IMG/VR virus record: IMGVR_UViG_3300025917_000016
Span: 2,556 to 66,555 of that record
Reading direction: 5' to 3' (one strand)
From: a virus
Length of the DNA: 64,000 bases
The notes beneath the pieces were generated by a model. It was not told the origin of the DNA. It ran no database searches and was given only the letters and a program-made list of their open reading frames with translations. Positions 1-9,529 of the stretch are shown here, piece after piece. Position 1 is the first letter of the stretch; each line of letters opens with the position of its first letter. A program made the translations under genes and the position numbers.

Positions 1-3000
1 CCGGCTGTGACTGACTGGCGTCAGGTGACGCAGGCACCGGACCTGTCCACGGGCCTGCGCAACGCTGGCAGCTACGTGGCCGGTCTCGCCGGCCAGGCCG
101 TGCCGATGGTCGGGCTGGGGCTGGGCGCGGCGGGCGCGGCCGCGCTGACGAAGGGCGCCGTCTCTCCCCTCCTTGCCGGCACCGCGGCTGTCGCCCCGTT
201 CGAGACCGGCAGCGCGCTGCAGCGCCAGCAGGCCGACCCGACCGTCGTGGCGAACAACAGCGCGGTCGACCGCCTGGGCACCGCCGCGCTCGAAGGTACG
301 GGCCGTGCGCTGGCCATGAACGCCGTGCCGCAGCTGATGGGCGGCAAACTGCTGGGTGCGGGCGTCGGCGCTGCATCCAAGGCCGGCATCGTGGCCGAGG
401 GCGTGGGCGGCAACGCGCTGGCGGGCGCGGCGGCCGAGAAGATTTCGAGCACCGCGCAGGATCACCTGAACCCGAACCGCGACACGTCAGGCGACAACGC
501 GCGCATGCTGGATGCAGCCGTGGCCGGCGGCGCACTGGGCGTGCCATTCGCGGGCGCCGGTCTGGTGGGCCACGCGCTGCACGGCAAGGCCGAGGCACCG
601 GCCGGGCGCCCGATCGACGTAGCTGTCACGCCGGAACCTGCAGCCGCTGCGCAGCCACCAGCGTCGCTGGTCGACCGTATCCGCAACACGTTCGCGCGTG
701 GCGACGACGCGGCCGAGAAGATCGCCGCCGGCAAGGACGTGATCGATGTCGACGCACTGCGCACGGCACCGCCAGAGAAGCAGGGCGAGATGCTGCGTGC
801 GGCGGACGACGCTAGAGTCGAGACCACGCGCGGCTGGGTCGACGAGCTGATGAAGGACGGCGGCCTGTCCGACGAGAACAAGGCCAAGCTGGCGCAGGCG
901 GCGGGCGACCTGACCGACCGCGCCAACCAGGCCGTGGTGGCCGGCGTCAAGCTGGCGCAGGACGGCGCGGCCAAGCTGGGCACTCTGGCCGAGGGCCTGT
1001 TCAACGCCGTGTCGAAGAAACGTCCGGAGGACGAAGGCACTGCGCTGAAGTCCGAAGTGTCCGGGGACGCCGACAAGGCGATCGCCGACGTGGTGACGCC
1101 GCACATCGAGAAGAAGTTCCCGCAGGCGAACGACGTGGCGATGCAGTCCATGACGGCCGGCCTGCGCCGCGTGATGGACCACATGCAGAAGACTGGCACG
1201 GTCGACCCGGACGTGGCAGGCCACCTGCAGAAGCTGTTCGGCGCCGACACCACAAGCGTGCTGACCCAGCTGCACGAGCGCGTGCTGGGCGACGCCGACA
1301 AGAGTGCTACGAACAACTACTTCCGCGCCGTAAACAAGCTCGACGACAGCATGAGCACGCAGGCCAAGCTGACCGACAAGATCCGCGAGGCCCTGCCGAA
1401 GGAGGTGCAGGCCACGCCCGACCAGATCGACCAGATGGCCAAGCACCTGCAGGAGTACGTGTCCGGCGCCACGCTCGACGGCAAGACGCCCGAGCAGCGC
1501 GTCGCCATGAGCCGCCAGATCGAGCAGGCCCTGCGCGAGCACTTCGGCGACAAGACCGACGACCTGCTGGAGACGGCCAAGCTGGGCCTGGAGACCGAGC
1601 GCTCGCAGGACGCGCTGCATGCTGACGCGCGCCGCGCCGAGGGCGACGTACCGGATGACCATATCGACCTGGCAGGCAATAGCGACGACGGCTTCGCCGA
1701 CCACGCCGACGCTGGCGTAACGACCGAGCAGGACCTGGCGCGCGAGTACTTCGGCGCCGGCAAGGACAAAAACAATCCGCAGTTCATGCTGTCCGAGCAG
1801 GCGCACCGTGACACGTACGGCAATGAGAACAGCCAGGCAGCGCGCGTATTGCGCGACGTGGCGGCAAGCAATCCGGACAAACACGTGTCAGTGATTACGG
1901 CTCGCGAGTACGCCCGCGAGAACGGCCTGCCACTGTCCGAACTGGGCAAGGGCATTGATCCGGACAAGCACGTGATGATCAAGGCCGAGGGCATGAAACG
2001 TGAGGGCTTGACGTGGCGCGACGTGGACGGCGCGCGGCTGGACACCCACAAGTACCCGGATTCCAAGAGCCGCATCGATACCGAGAATGGCCCGACGTTC
2101 GATGCTGTCAAGGTCATGAAGATGTACGCGCAGGAGCACAAGCTACCGCGCGATGCGATGGATGCTGCCAACCCGTTCTATCGCCTGCGTCGCCAGTTCA
2201 CCGAAGCCATCGGCGCATTGTCAGATCATGTGGGCGAGGCGATCCACGTTGACGACACGACCGTCGTGGCACGGCGTGGCGGGCGCGACATCACGTGGGG
2301 TGAGCTGCAGAAGCTGGGCGCGGCCAAGCCGGACGCCGAGGCGAAAGCACTGTCCAAGCTGTATGCCGACCGCGAGGAAGCCGTAAAGGCCGGTGATACG
2401 GACGCCGTGGCCAAGATCGACGATCTGCTGGACACCCGCACCATGAGCGGCAACGATCCAAAGGACCAGTTGCTCGACGGCGAGGTGAAGCATACCCCGA
2501 GTGCGAGCGAGACCCGCGCCGCACTCGCGCGCGAACTGGGCGCCGCGAAGGAGAACCTGCGCGCAGCAGTCGAGGCGGCTGGCGGTCCACGCGGCGATAC
2601 CGTATCCGAGTTGCGCCGCCAGGCGCTGGGACTGGAGGACATGGTACAGCGCATGCGCAAGGATCACTACATCGAAGCGAAGACTACCGGCCAGTCCGAT
2701 ATGTTCCATCCACAGGAGCGCGAGGAATGGGCAGTACGTGCCATGCGCCTGCGCGAAATGGCTGACATGCTGGCCAAGTCCGGCGGTGCGCGCAAGCTGA
2801 CCATGAAGGAACGCGCCGCGATCAAGGAGTACTACAACAGCGAGCGCGAATACGAGAAGAATGAGTTCGGCCAGGCCGAACGCGCACGCCGCGCGGCGCG
2901 CGATAGTATCGACGATCCACGTGGCCCATCCGAAGCCGATCCGTTCGGGAACATCCACGATGCAGTGGACCGCATGGGGAGCGACCTGACCGGTGCATTC

Positions 3001-6000
3001 ACAGGCGCACACAACATGGAAGCCGGCCCCGAGGGCAACCTGCTGCACGCCGACAACTTCGAGCCGGACACCCACTTCGACGGACGACTGCCGACGAGCA
3101 TCAAGGGTGCGATCTCCAGCCGCGCCGCCAGCCTCGCTGCCGGCAAGTCCGCGGTGCAGCGCGCGCTGGGCAGGAAGGTCCAGCACCTGCTGGGCGTGAT
3201 CGACCAGATGCGGATGAGCGACCAGGCCGAGCTGGCATCGATCGTAAAGGACAAGGACACCGCCAGCGTGGCCAGCACGATCAACGCCCTGTACCGCAAG
3301 TACGGCGAACTGAAGGCGCAGGAGCCGAAGTCGAACTTCGTGAACCGCGTGGTGGGCAAAGGCGACGTGAATGACGTGGTGCGCGCAATCAAGGTCAGCG
3401 ACGATACCCGTGGCCTGCAGCGCGCAGTCGATGCGCTGCTGCCGCACCAGCATGACGCTTCCGCGCGCGCCGTGCTGGAGGTGGCCAACGAGCGCCTGGG
3501 AAAGTTAATCGAGGCGCACCCTGACGTCGCCTACAGCATGCAGCGCATGCATCCGGGGAACTCGAACACCGGCAATGCGCGCATGCCGGTCAAGGACTAC
3601 ATCGACAAGGTGCTGGGCAAGACGGTCGACGTGGAGTTCGCCAAGATGCTGCACGCGGGCGAGTTCTATACCGACCCGTCGCGCCTGGCACGCGGCCTGA
3701 ACGCCGACGTGATCCGCGTGTCGACCCACGCGCTCGACCCGATGAGCGTGGGCTACCACGAGGCGCTACATGGCTTCTTCGCCAAGCTGCACGACGCGGG
3801 CCTGCTGGACGACGCGCACCCGCTGGACAAGGCGGCGAGCAGCCCGTACGTAATGAAGCAGCTGAAGGACCTGCTGGCGCACGAGCCGGATGCGCTGGCG
3901 CAGCTGTCCAATCCGGACGAGCGCGCCGCCTACATGTTCCAGTTCTGGGCCGCCGGCAAACTCAAGCTGCAGCCGCGCCCGGCCGGCATCCTGGGCCACG
4001 TCGCCGACTTCTTCAAAAAGACGCTGGGGATCTGGACCAATGACGCGCGCGCCGAGCACATCATGCAGTATTTTCACAGCGGCGAGTACGGCAAGAACAT
4101 GCGGGATCGATCCGCCGTTGCTCGTGTCCTGGCCGAGGGCAGCAACGCCCACGTCGAGAAGTTCAAGGACATGGTGGCGCCGCTCTCCAAGCTGGCGACG
4201 GCCGTGGCCGCCACCGGCGACGCGCGCCTGCGCAGTACCGGCGTCGACGCTCTGTCCAGGCTGGCCGACAAGGTGTATGCGCCGCTGCACGGCGAACACG
4301 GCGACGATCCGGGCTACCTGCCGGCGGCGCGCGCCAAGCGCGGCGAGTTCATGAACCGGTTGGGCACCGAACTGGGTCAGATTGATGCCGGCACCGTGTC
4401 CGACGCGCTGGAGTCGCTGCAGCGCGGCCTGAAGGGCGCCACGCCTGCTGAACGCCGCGCGGTGGCCAGTATCCGCAAGGTGCTGGACAACACGTTCCTG
4501 TACATGCGCGACGCGGGCGTCGACATCGCCCCGCTGGGCTTCGGCAAGGACTACTTCCCGCGCATGTGGGACGCGAACACGATCCTGCGCAACAAGGACG
4601 CATTCCGCGACATGCTGCAGAAGTATGTCACCACCGGCCAGTTCAAGGGTAGTGTGGATCAGGTCATCGCCACGCTCACGCGCACCGACGGTTCCGACCT
4701 GCAGGTCGAGACGATCCGCCCCGGCATGCAGAGCAGCAAAGAGCGCGTGCTGCAGTTCATCGACCACAAGGACGCGGCGCCGTTCCTCAACAAGAACCTG
4801 TACGAGACGCTGAACAGCTACATCACGCAGGCCACGCGCCGAGCCGAGTGGGCACGCCGGTTCAAGGACGACAGCAGCGACCTGCACCGCCTGATGCACG
4901 ACGCGCAGAAGCAGGGCGCGACGAAGGAACAGCTGCAGCTCGCATCCGATTACCTGCAGGGTGTGGACGGCACGCTGGGCGACTCGATCGACCCGAAGCT
5001 GCGCCGCGCGTTCGGCAACGCCATCGTGTACCAGAACATGCGCCTGTTGCCGCTGGCGATCTTCTCGTCGATGATCGACCCGATGGGCATCCTCGTGCGC
5101 GGCGGCACCATGCGCGACTCGTTCGCGGCGATGAAGCGCGGCTTCGCCGAGATGCCGAAGAACTTCAGGAAGGACGCCAAGGGCGACAACTGGACCGAGC
5201 TGGCCGCGCAGCTGGGCGTGATCGACAACGCCGTGCTGATGCACAACCTGGGCTCGTCGTTCAGCCAGGGCATGACCAGCAGCTGGGGCCGCAAGCTCAA
5301 CGATGCGTTTTTCAAGTACAACCTGATGGAGCAGTACAACACGTCGATGAGGGTCGCGGCCACCCAAGCCGCTGTAGGCTTCCTTGCACGCCATGCCGAC
5401 GGCACGCACTCGCCGCACTCGCAGCGCTGGCTGGCCGAACTGGGGTTCAAGCCGGGCGAGGTGCGGGTGAAGAATGGCCAGCCGCTGATGTCGGCGCGCG
5501 AGTTCGAGAACGCCGGCATGGCGCCGGACGCCGCAGCGAAGATGGCTGACCGCATGACCCTCGCTGTCAACAAGTGGGTCGATGGCGCGATCCTGCGGCC
5601 GAACGCGGCGCACAAGCCGGTGTGGATGAACGATCCGCACTTCGCGCTGATCGCGCACCTGAAACAGTTCGTCTACTCGTTCCAGGAGACGATCCTCAAG
5701 CGCGTGGCCAACGAGGTCCGCTTCGGCAACGTGGGCCCGGCCTACGCGCTGGCGGGCTACGTACCCTTCATGCTGGCGGCCGATACGGTCAAGGGCATGC
5801 TGGTCGGTGGCGGCGAGCAGCCGGACTGGAAGAAGGGCTGGGACGCTTCCGACTACCTGTTCTACGAGGTGCAGCGCGCGGGCCTGTTCGGCGTCGGTCA
5901 GTTCGGCGTGGACGCCGCCAAGGACCTGTATCGCGGCGGGCTGGGCGTCGGCGCACTGGTGGGCCCGACCGTGGAGCAGCTGGGCGAAGCGGCGCGCACG

Positions 6001-6108
6001 ATCGGTGGCGCGGAGCAGTTCAAGACCTTCGCGCTGAATGCGATGCCCGCCAACGCGCTGTTCGACGCGGCCGGTAATGCGTCCGCCGCGACGAATGCGG
6101 TGGACTGA
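1..6108 (+). CDS. Giant virion-associated (internal/ejection) protein with a zincin-like HExxH metallopeptidase motif; 5' end lies outside the window
   Basis: Frame is open from base 1, more than 2030 aa. Ala/Gly-rich N-terminus, SVGYHEALHGFF motif, and a helical C-terminal region typical of large podophage ejection/polyvalent proteins. Confidence 0.7.
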   Translation, partial: PAVTDWRQVTQAPDLSTGLRNAGSYVAGLAGQAVPMVGLGLGAAGAAALTKGAVSPLLAGTAAVAPFETGSALQRQQADPTVVANNSAVDRLGTAALEGTGRALAMNAVPQLMGGKLLGAGVGAASKAGIVAEGVGGNALAGAAAEKISSTAQDHLNPNRDTSGDNARMLDAAVAGGALGVPFAGAGLVGHALHGKAEAPAGRPIDVAVTPEPAAAAQPPASLVDRIRNTFARGDDAAEKIAAGKDVIDVDALRTAPPEKQGEMLRAADDARVETTRGWVDELMKDGGLSDENKAKLAQAAGDLTDRANQAVVAGVKLAQDGAAKLGTLAEGLFNAVSKKRPEDEGTALKSEVSGDADKAIADVVTPHIEKKFPQANDVAMQSMTAGLRRVMDHMQKTGTVDPDVAGHLQKLFGADTTSVLTQLHERVLGDADKSATNNYFRAVNKLDDSMSTQAKLTDKIREALPKEVQATPDQIDQMAKHLQEYVSGATLDGKTPEQRVAMSRQIEQALREHFGDKTDDLLETAKLGLETERSQDALHADARRAEGDVPDDHIDLAGNSDDGFADHADAGVTTEQDLAREYFGAGKDKNNPQFMLSEQAHRDTYGNENSQAARVLRDVAASNPDKHVSVITAREYARENGLPLSELGKGIDPDKHVMIKAEGMKREGLTWRDVDGARLDTHKYPDSKSRIDTENGPTFDAVKVMKMYAQEHKLPRDAMDAANPFYRLRRQFTEAIGALSDHVGEAIHVDDTTVVARRGGRDITWGELQKLGAAKPDAEAKALSKLYADREEAVKAGDTDAVAKIDDLLDTRTMSGNDPKDQLLDGEVKHTPSASETRAALARELGAAKENLRAAVEAAGGPRGDTVSELRRQALGLEDMVQRMRKDHYIEAKTTGQSDMFHPQEREEWAVRAMRLREMADMLAKSGGARKLTMKERAAIKEYYNSEREYEKNEFGQAERARRAARDSIDDPRGPSEADPFGNIHDAVDRMGSDLTGAFTGAHNMEAGPEGNLLHADNFEPDTHFDGRLPTSIKGAISSRAASLAAGKSAVQRALGRKVQHLLGVIDQMRMSDQAELASIVKDKDTASVASTINALYRKYGELKAQEPKSNFVNRVVGKGDVNDVVRAIKVSDDTRGLQRAVDALLPHQHDASARAVLEVANERLGKLIEAHPDVAYSMQRMHPGNSNTGNARMPVKDYIDKVLGKTVDVEFAKMLHAGEFYTDPSRLARGLNADVIRVSTHALDPMSVGYHEALHGFFAKLHDAGLLDDAHPLDKAASSPYVMKQLKDLLAHEPDALAQLSNPDERAAYMFQFWAAGKLKLQPRPAGILGHVADFFKKTLGIWTNDARAEHIMQYFHSGEYGKNMRDRSAVARVLAEGSNAHVEKFKDMVAPLSKLATAVAATGDARLRSTGVDALSRLADKVYAPLHGEHGDDPGYLPAARAKRGEFMNRLGTELGQIDAGTVSDALESLQRGLKGATPAERRAVASIRKVLDNTFLYMRDAGVDIAPLGFGKDYFPRMWDANTILRNKDAFRDMLQKYVTTGQFKGSVDQVIATLTRTDGSDLQVETIRPGMQSSKERVLQFIDHKDAAPFLNKNLYETLNSYITQATRRAEWARRFKDDSSDLHRLMHDAQKQGATKEQLQLASDYLQGVDGTLGDSIDPKLRRAFGNAIVYQNMRLLPLAIFSSMIDPMGILVRGGTMRDSFAAMKRGFAEMPKNFRKDAKGDNWTELAAQLGVIDNAVLMHNLGSSFSQGMTSSWGRKLNDAFFKYNLMEQYNTSMRVAATQAAVGFLARHADGTHSPHSQRWLAELGFKPGEVRVKNGQPLMSAREFENAGMAPDAAAKMADRMTLAVNKWVDGAILRPNAAHKPVWMNDPHFALIAHLKQFVYSFQETILKRVANEVRFGNVGPAYALAGYVPFMLAADTVKGMLVGGGEQPDWKKGWDASDYLFYEVQRAGLFGVGQFGVDAAKDLYRGGLGVGALVGPTVEQLGEAARTIGGAEQFKTFALNAMPANALFDAAGNASAATNAVD

Positions 6109-6130
6109 CCTTCGGAAGTTTCGAGCGGAT

Positions 6131-6268
6131 CGGAAGCGCTAAGTGCTTGATTTATATACCTTCTTCTATTCTTCTATTATTATCTATTATTTATATAGAA
6201 AAAAATAAGAAGATAAGAAGAATAGGTATATAAATAGAGTTTCCAGTAAATGGAAGGAAGAATGGAAG
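6131..6268. promoter_or_regulatory. AT-rich palindromic element A with IHF consensus site and GGAAG repeats (candidate origin)
   Basis: Near-pure A/T tract in a GC-rich genome. Imperfect inverted repeat ATTTATATACCT...AGGTATATAAAT. 6140-6152 on the minus strand reads AATCAAgcacTTA (WATCAAN4TTR). Confidence 0.6.
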
Positions 6269-6420
6269 ACCGTGCGTGTGGGGCGGCGCCGGCGGCCGTT
6301 CGTGTGATCGTGTGGCGTGGGCGAAGGGATAGGGCATTGGGATTGGCCACAGAATTGTGGACTCTGCGTCCCATGTGCATAGGCATGGCCCTGTGATTGA
6401 ATTCGCGATACGCGAATAGC

Positions 6421-6443
6421 GAAAGCCGCTTGACGCGGCTTTC
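6421..6443. terminator. Hairpin terminator between convergent transcription units
   Basis: GAAAGCCGC-ttgac-GCGGCTTTC just past the last leftward gene. Confidence 0.65.
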
Positions 6444-6449
6444 TGCGTT

Positions 6450-6656
6450 TTATACTAGGCGGACGTCAGCGTCGGCCGCGACCCGGAACTGCTTCTTGCA
6501 CGAGTCGCACGTCATCTCGGTGTCACGCGGATCGCCGAGCCAGTCTTCGACCTGCTCCTCGCAGTGCGGACAGATCACGTGCTGCACGCGGGCGTACACG
6601 AAGCGGGCGACATGCATGTCGAAGACGCGCGTTTGTTCTCGGTCCTGGTCACTCAT
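6450..6656 (-). CDS. Small zinc-ribbon protein
   Basis: CPHC...CDSC motif pair. Confidence 0.65.
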   Translation of the reverse strand: MSDQDREQTRVFDMHVARFVYARVQHVICPHCEEQVEDWLGDPRDTEMTCDSCKKQFRVAADADVRLV

Positions 6657-6659
6657 CGT

Positions 6660-6872
6660 TCATGCTCCATCCGGCTCGTTGATAATCGGCTCGTACGTGA
6701 AGTGCGGGTCCGGCTCGCCGTCCACATACATCGTGACCGACTCGCCGCCGACACGACCCGTACCCTTCATCGACATGTCGCGGTAGCTGTTGAATGCCCG
6801 GATGGCATCAAGGTGAACCGCGGTATCGACAACCGTACCAAGGTTGCCGACGACGACCTGGAAGCGGGCCAT
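6660..6872 (-). CDS. Hypothetical protein
   Basis: ORF tightly packed in the leftward gene string. Confidence 0.6.
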   Translation of the reverse strand: MARFQVVVGNLGTVVDTAVHLDAIRAFNSYRDMSMKGTGRVGGESVTMYVDGEPDPHFTYEPIINEPDGA

Positions 6873-6874
6873 GG

Positions 6875-7081
6875 TCAGTTCCCCGCATAGATGCTGACGT
6901 ACTGCTCACCCGGCGCCAGGTCGAACGGGCCGGTCTCGTCACTGACTTCGTCCGTCACGTGGGCGCTGCCGAGCGGGCCGCAGTCGCCACTGGCACCATG
7001 CCGGTACATCACCTGCTTCTCGCCGTGGCCGTCGAATTGCAGCTTCTGCAGGTCGACGATGAGTTTGTTGAGTGTGGTCAT
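6875..7081 (-). CDS. Hypothetical protein
   Basis: GGAG RBS before ATG at 7081 (MTTLNKL). Confidence 0.6.
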   Translation of the reverse strand: MTTLNKLIVDLQKLQFDGHGEKQVMYRHGASGDCGPLGSAHVTDEVSDETGPFDLAPGEQYVSIYAGN

Positions 7082-7241
7082 AGGATCTCCAAAAGAAAAC
7101 AATAATGTCGGATCAGGCTACCCGAAGGCTCCGGCATGCTGTTCGCTGCTGCGCCATGATGCAGCTCTCTACTTGGAAACGCAGTCTCGGGACCGGGCCT
7201 AATCAGTCTCGTCGTGCGTGGCGCGGGCCAGCTGTGGGCTG

Positions 7242-8294
7242 TTACTGCTGATCGCGAACCGGCTCACCAGCCATCGCATCGTAGGTCGGGTCGCCAGTAG
7301 GTTCCTCGACGTTATCCATGCGCGACAGTCCGTCCGGCGTGAAGTAGCCGAGCAGGCCCACCACCATGTTCTGCACCAGCGCGTCCGGATCGAAGTCGTC
7401 GACCTTGCCGTTCATCGTGGCGCCGCGTACGGCGTAGCGCGCAGCAGCACGGACCTTGTCGGCGAGTTCTTCGCGTTCCGGCGACGTGGTGCCAGTGCGC
7501 AGGCCCATCGGCGGCTCGTCGAAACCGTCAGCGTACAGCCAGTGGTCTTTCGGCAGCGGCGAGCTGACGACGGCCGAGCCAGAACCATCCGGACGCACAA
7601 GCATGCCTTCGACTCGGCCGCCGATCGCATCAGCGATCTGCTGCACTGGATGCACGTTGCGCTGCTCGTACAGCTTCTGCATCAGGCGGTAGCCTTCCAG
7701 CTCCCACACCTTGTCGATCGCTTTCTTGCGCGCCTCGGTGCGGCCGATGGCTTCGTCGAAGTTATCCATGCTCACGCACGATGACTCGCCGCGCACGGTG
7801 AAGCCATTTGTCAGCGTCAGCTCGCAGATCGTGGTGCGCCCCGACGGCGTGATGGTATACGTCTCGGAATCAATCGCCGCCAGCACATCCTCGGGCTTGA
7901 TGCGCGGCGCCGTCGACCCGGCCATCTGGATCGCGATCTCGGTCTGGTAGTCGCCGTGCGAGATCGACGCGGCCGCCGTCGTGCTCAGGACGTTCCTGGC
8001 CGTGTTGTCGATCGAGGCCGCCGCTGTGCGCTCGCGCTGGTACGGCATCCATTCGACGTAACGGTTGGACGGGATCTTGTCGTCGTCCTGCACCAGCGTG
8101 ACGCTCGTGCGAGCGAAGTGGCGGCCGGCGGCATCGTATAGCGCCACGCTCACGCAGCGCGGCCCGTGCACGGCGACGATCTGCGCGGCCAGCGGCTGGT
8201 CGCCGCAGGTCTGCATCGGCGCATCGGCGCCGCCCTTCTTGTCTGCTTCGTCCGGACGATACCACACGATACGGCCGACGGTCGGATTGATCAT
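7242..8294 (-). CDS. Three-domain fusion with central N4 Gp49/Sf6 Gp66-family domain (putative nucleotide-signal sponge)
   Basis: aa about 128-212 TTICELTLTNGFTVRGESSCVSMDNFDEAIGR...VWELEGYRL matches the Gp49/66 pattern. Distinct N-terminal (PTVGRIVWY) and C-terminal (PLPKDHWLY...FDPDALVQN) domains. Confidence 0.7.
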   Translation of the reverse strand: MINPTVGRIVWYRPDEADKKGGADAPMQTCGDQPLAAQIVAVHGPRCVSVALYDAAGRHFARTSVTLVQDDDKIPSNRYVEWMPYQRERTAAASIDNTARNVLSTTAAASISHGDYQTEIAIQMAGSTAPRIKPEDVLAAIDSETYTITPSGRTTICELTLTNGFTVRGESSCVSMDNFDEAIGRTEARKKAIDKVWELEGYRLMQKLYEQRNVHPVQQIADAIGGRVEGMLVRPDGSGSAVVSSPLPKDHWLYADGFDEPPMGLRTGTTSPEREELADKVRAAARYAVRGATMNGKVDDFDPDALVQNMVVGLLGYFTPDGLSRMDNVEEPTGDPTYDAMAGEPVRDQQ

Positions 8295-8347
8295 GATGCT
8301 CCCTAGTAGATTCGCCGCGCTTGGAAACGGGCGCGCGGCACGAGCCC

Positions 8348-8560
8348 TTATTCCCCGCGCGTCTCGTCGATGAGGCGCTTGATCAGGATGGTCGACGCTA
8401 CCACTGGCCAGAACTCCATCGTGATCACGAACAACCAGAAGAACGGGCACCGCAGAACCCAGCGCCACACGGTTCGGTCTTCGTCGTCGATGGCGATCAT
8501 CACGAGCACGCCGATCACGAAGTTCAGGCCAATGGCCCACGATGCTTCTTCAAAGGTCAT
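8348..8560 (-). CDS. Small membrane protein
   Basis: Two hydrophobic segments; resembles the neighbour at 8618-8920. Confidence 0.55.
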   Translation of the reverse strand: MTFEEASWAIGLNFVIGVLVMIAIDDEDRTVWRWVLRCPFFWLFVITMEFWPVVASTILIKRLIDETRGE

Positions 8561-8617
8561 GCGATTCTCCAGTCGGTTTCCAGATGCCGCGCATGCGCGG
8601 CATGAAGAAGCCAGGAC

Positions 8618-8920
8618 TCAGATGCGGTCGACGCAGCGGTGGCACTTCTTGCACCAGCGCGCCTTACCCATACCCATGTCGACCATGAACCATTCGCCCG
8701 GCTCGTGCTCGCAACGGCGCGAATCCCACAGCCACCACTTCAGCCAGCGGACCAAATCCACCAGCAGCCACACTGGCCAGGTCTGAACCGCGAGCAGATA
8801 GCAGAACCAGTCCGGCGCCGCCAGCAGCCACAGATTCGTGCGCTCGGACGCCACCAGATTGATCATGAGTCGGCCCACCACGGCATTCAGTAGCAGGGCC
8901 AGGATGATCGCGGTAATCAC
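8618..8920 (-). CDS. Small membrane protein with C-terminal Cys/His motif
   Basis: GTG start overlapping the upstream stop; hydrophobic segments; CEH...CKKC. Confidence 0.55.
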   Translation of the reverse strand: MITAIILALLLNAVVGRLMINLVASERTNLWLLAAPDWFCYLLAVQTWPVWLLVDLVRWLKWWLWDSRRCEHEPGEWFMVDMGMGKARWCKKCHRCVDRI

Positions 8921-9528
8921 GAATTCCTCGCGTCCAGGCCACCTTTGTCGGCGCGTGCTTCCGCGGCCTCGTCGCTGTAGGCGTTCGGAAAGCGCTCGCG
9001 CAGCTTGGCGATATTCTCGTCCAGCACGGTGCCCAGGTCGATCTCCAGCGAGACGCAGAACTGCATCAGTACGCACACGATATTGGCCAGCGAGTTATTC
9101 AGGATCACGCGCTCGTTTGCCATCGGCGTGGTGTCGAGACCGCGCGTCATGAAGCCGACAGTCTCGGCAAACCGGCCGACATAGCCACCCAGCTCGAACG
9201 ACAGATCGCTGATCGGCCGGATGACATTGTCCACCATGCGCGGATACGAGAGCAGCTGCACATCAAGCGTCAGCGCATCGGCAGCGATGGCAACGTACCA
9301 GAACGCATCGCCGATTTCCTCGGCCATGTGGTCGCGCAATGTCTTGCCCTTGTCGTCCGGCGTATCCATCGGCTTGCTGTAGATGCTGATGCGCTTGACC
9401 GACGTGACGATCTCGCCAGTCTCGGTGAGCAGACCCAGCGCAGCGTGGGACAGGCGGCCGGCGACGGTGGGCAGCGGCTTCTCGGTGCGCAGTGCGAGCG
9501 GTACGTATTGAATCAGGTGCAGGCTCAA
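8917..9528 (-). CDS. MazG-like nucleotide pyrophosphohydrolase
   Basis: HAALGLLTETGEI...EEIGDAFWYVA...NIAKLRERFP; probable TTG start after an AAGGAG RBS. Confidence 0.8.
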   Translation of the reverse strand: MSLHLIQYVPLALRTEKPLPTVAGRLSHAALGLLTETGEIVTSVKRISIYSKPMDTPDDKGKTLRDHMAEEIGDAFWYVAIAADALTLDVQLLSYPRMVDNVIRPISDLSFELGGYVGRFAETVGFMTRGLDTTPMANERVILNNSLANIVCVLMQFCVSLEIDLGTVLDENIAKLRERFPNAYSDEAAEARADKGGLDARNS

Positions 9529-9529
9529 G

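Noticed and set aside
487-5658. Long minus-strand ORFs opposite the giant gene, and similar antisense ORFs over polA, terL, portal and capsid
   Set aside because: Expected shadows of high-GC codon bias; no RBS or recognisable motifs.
7170-7215. Twister or hammerhead ribozyme (minus-strand CCGGTCCCGAG, CTGATTAG)
   Set aside because: Only fragments of the consensus; the required stems and conserved residues could not be built.
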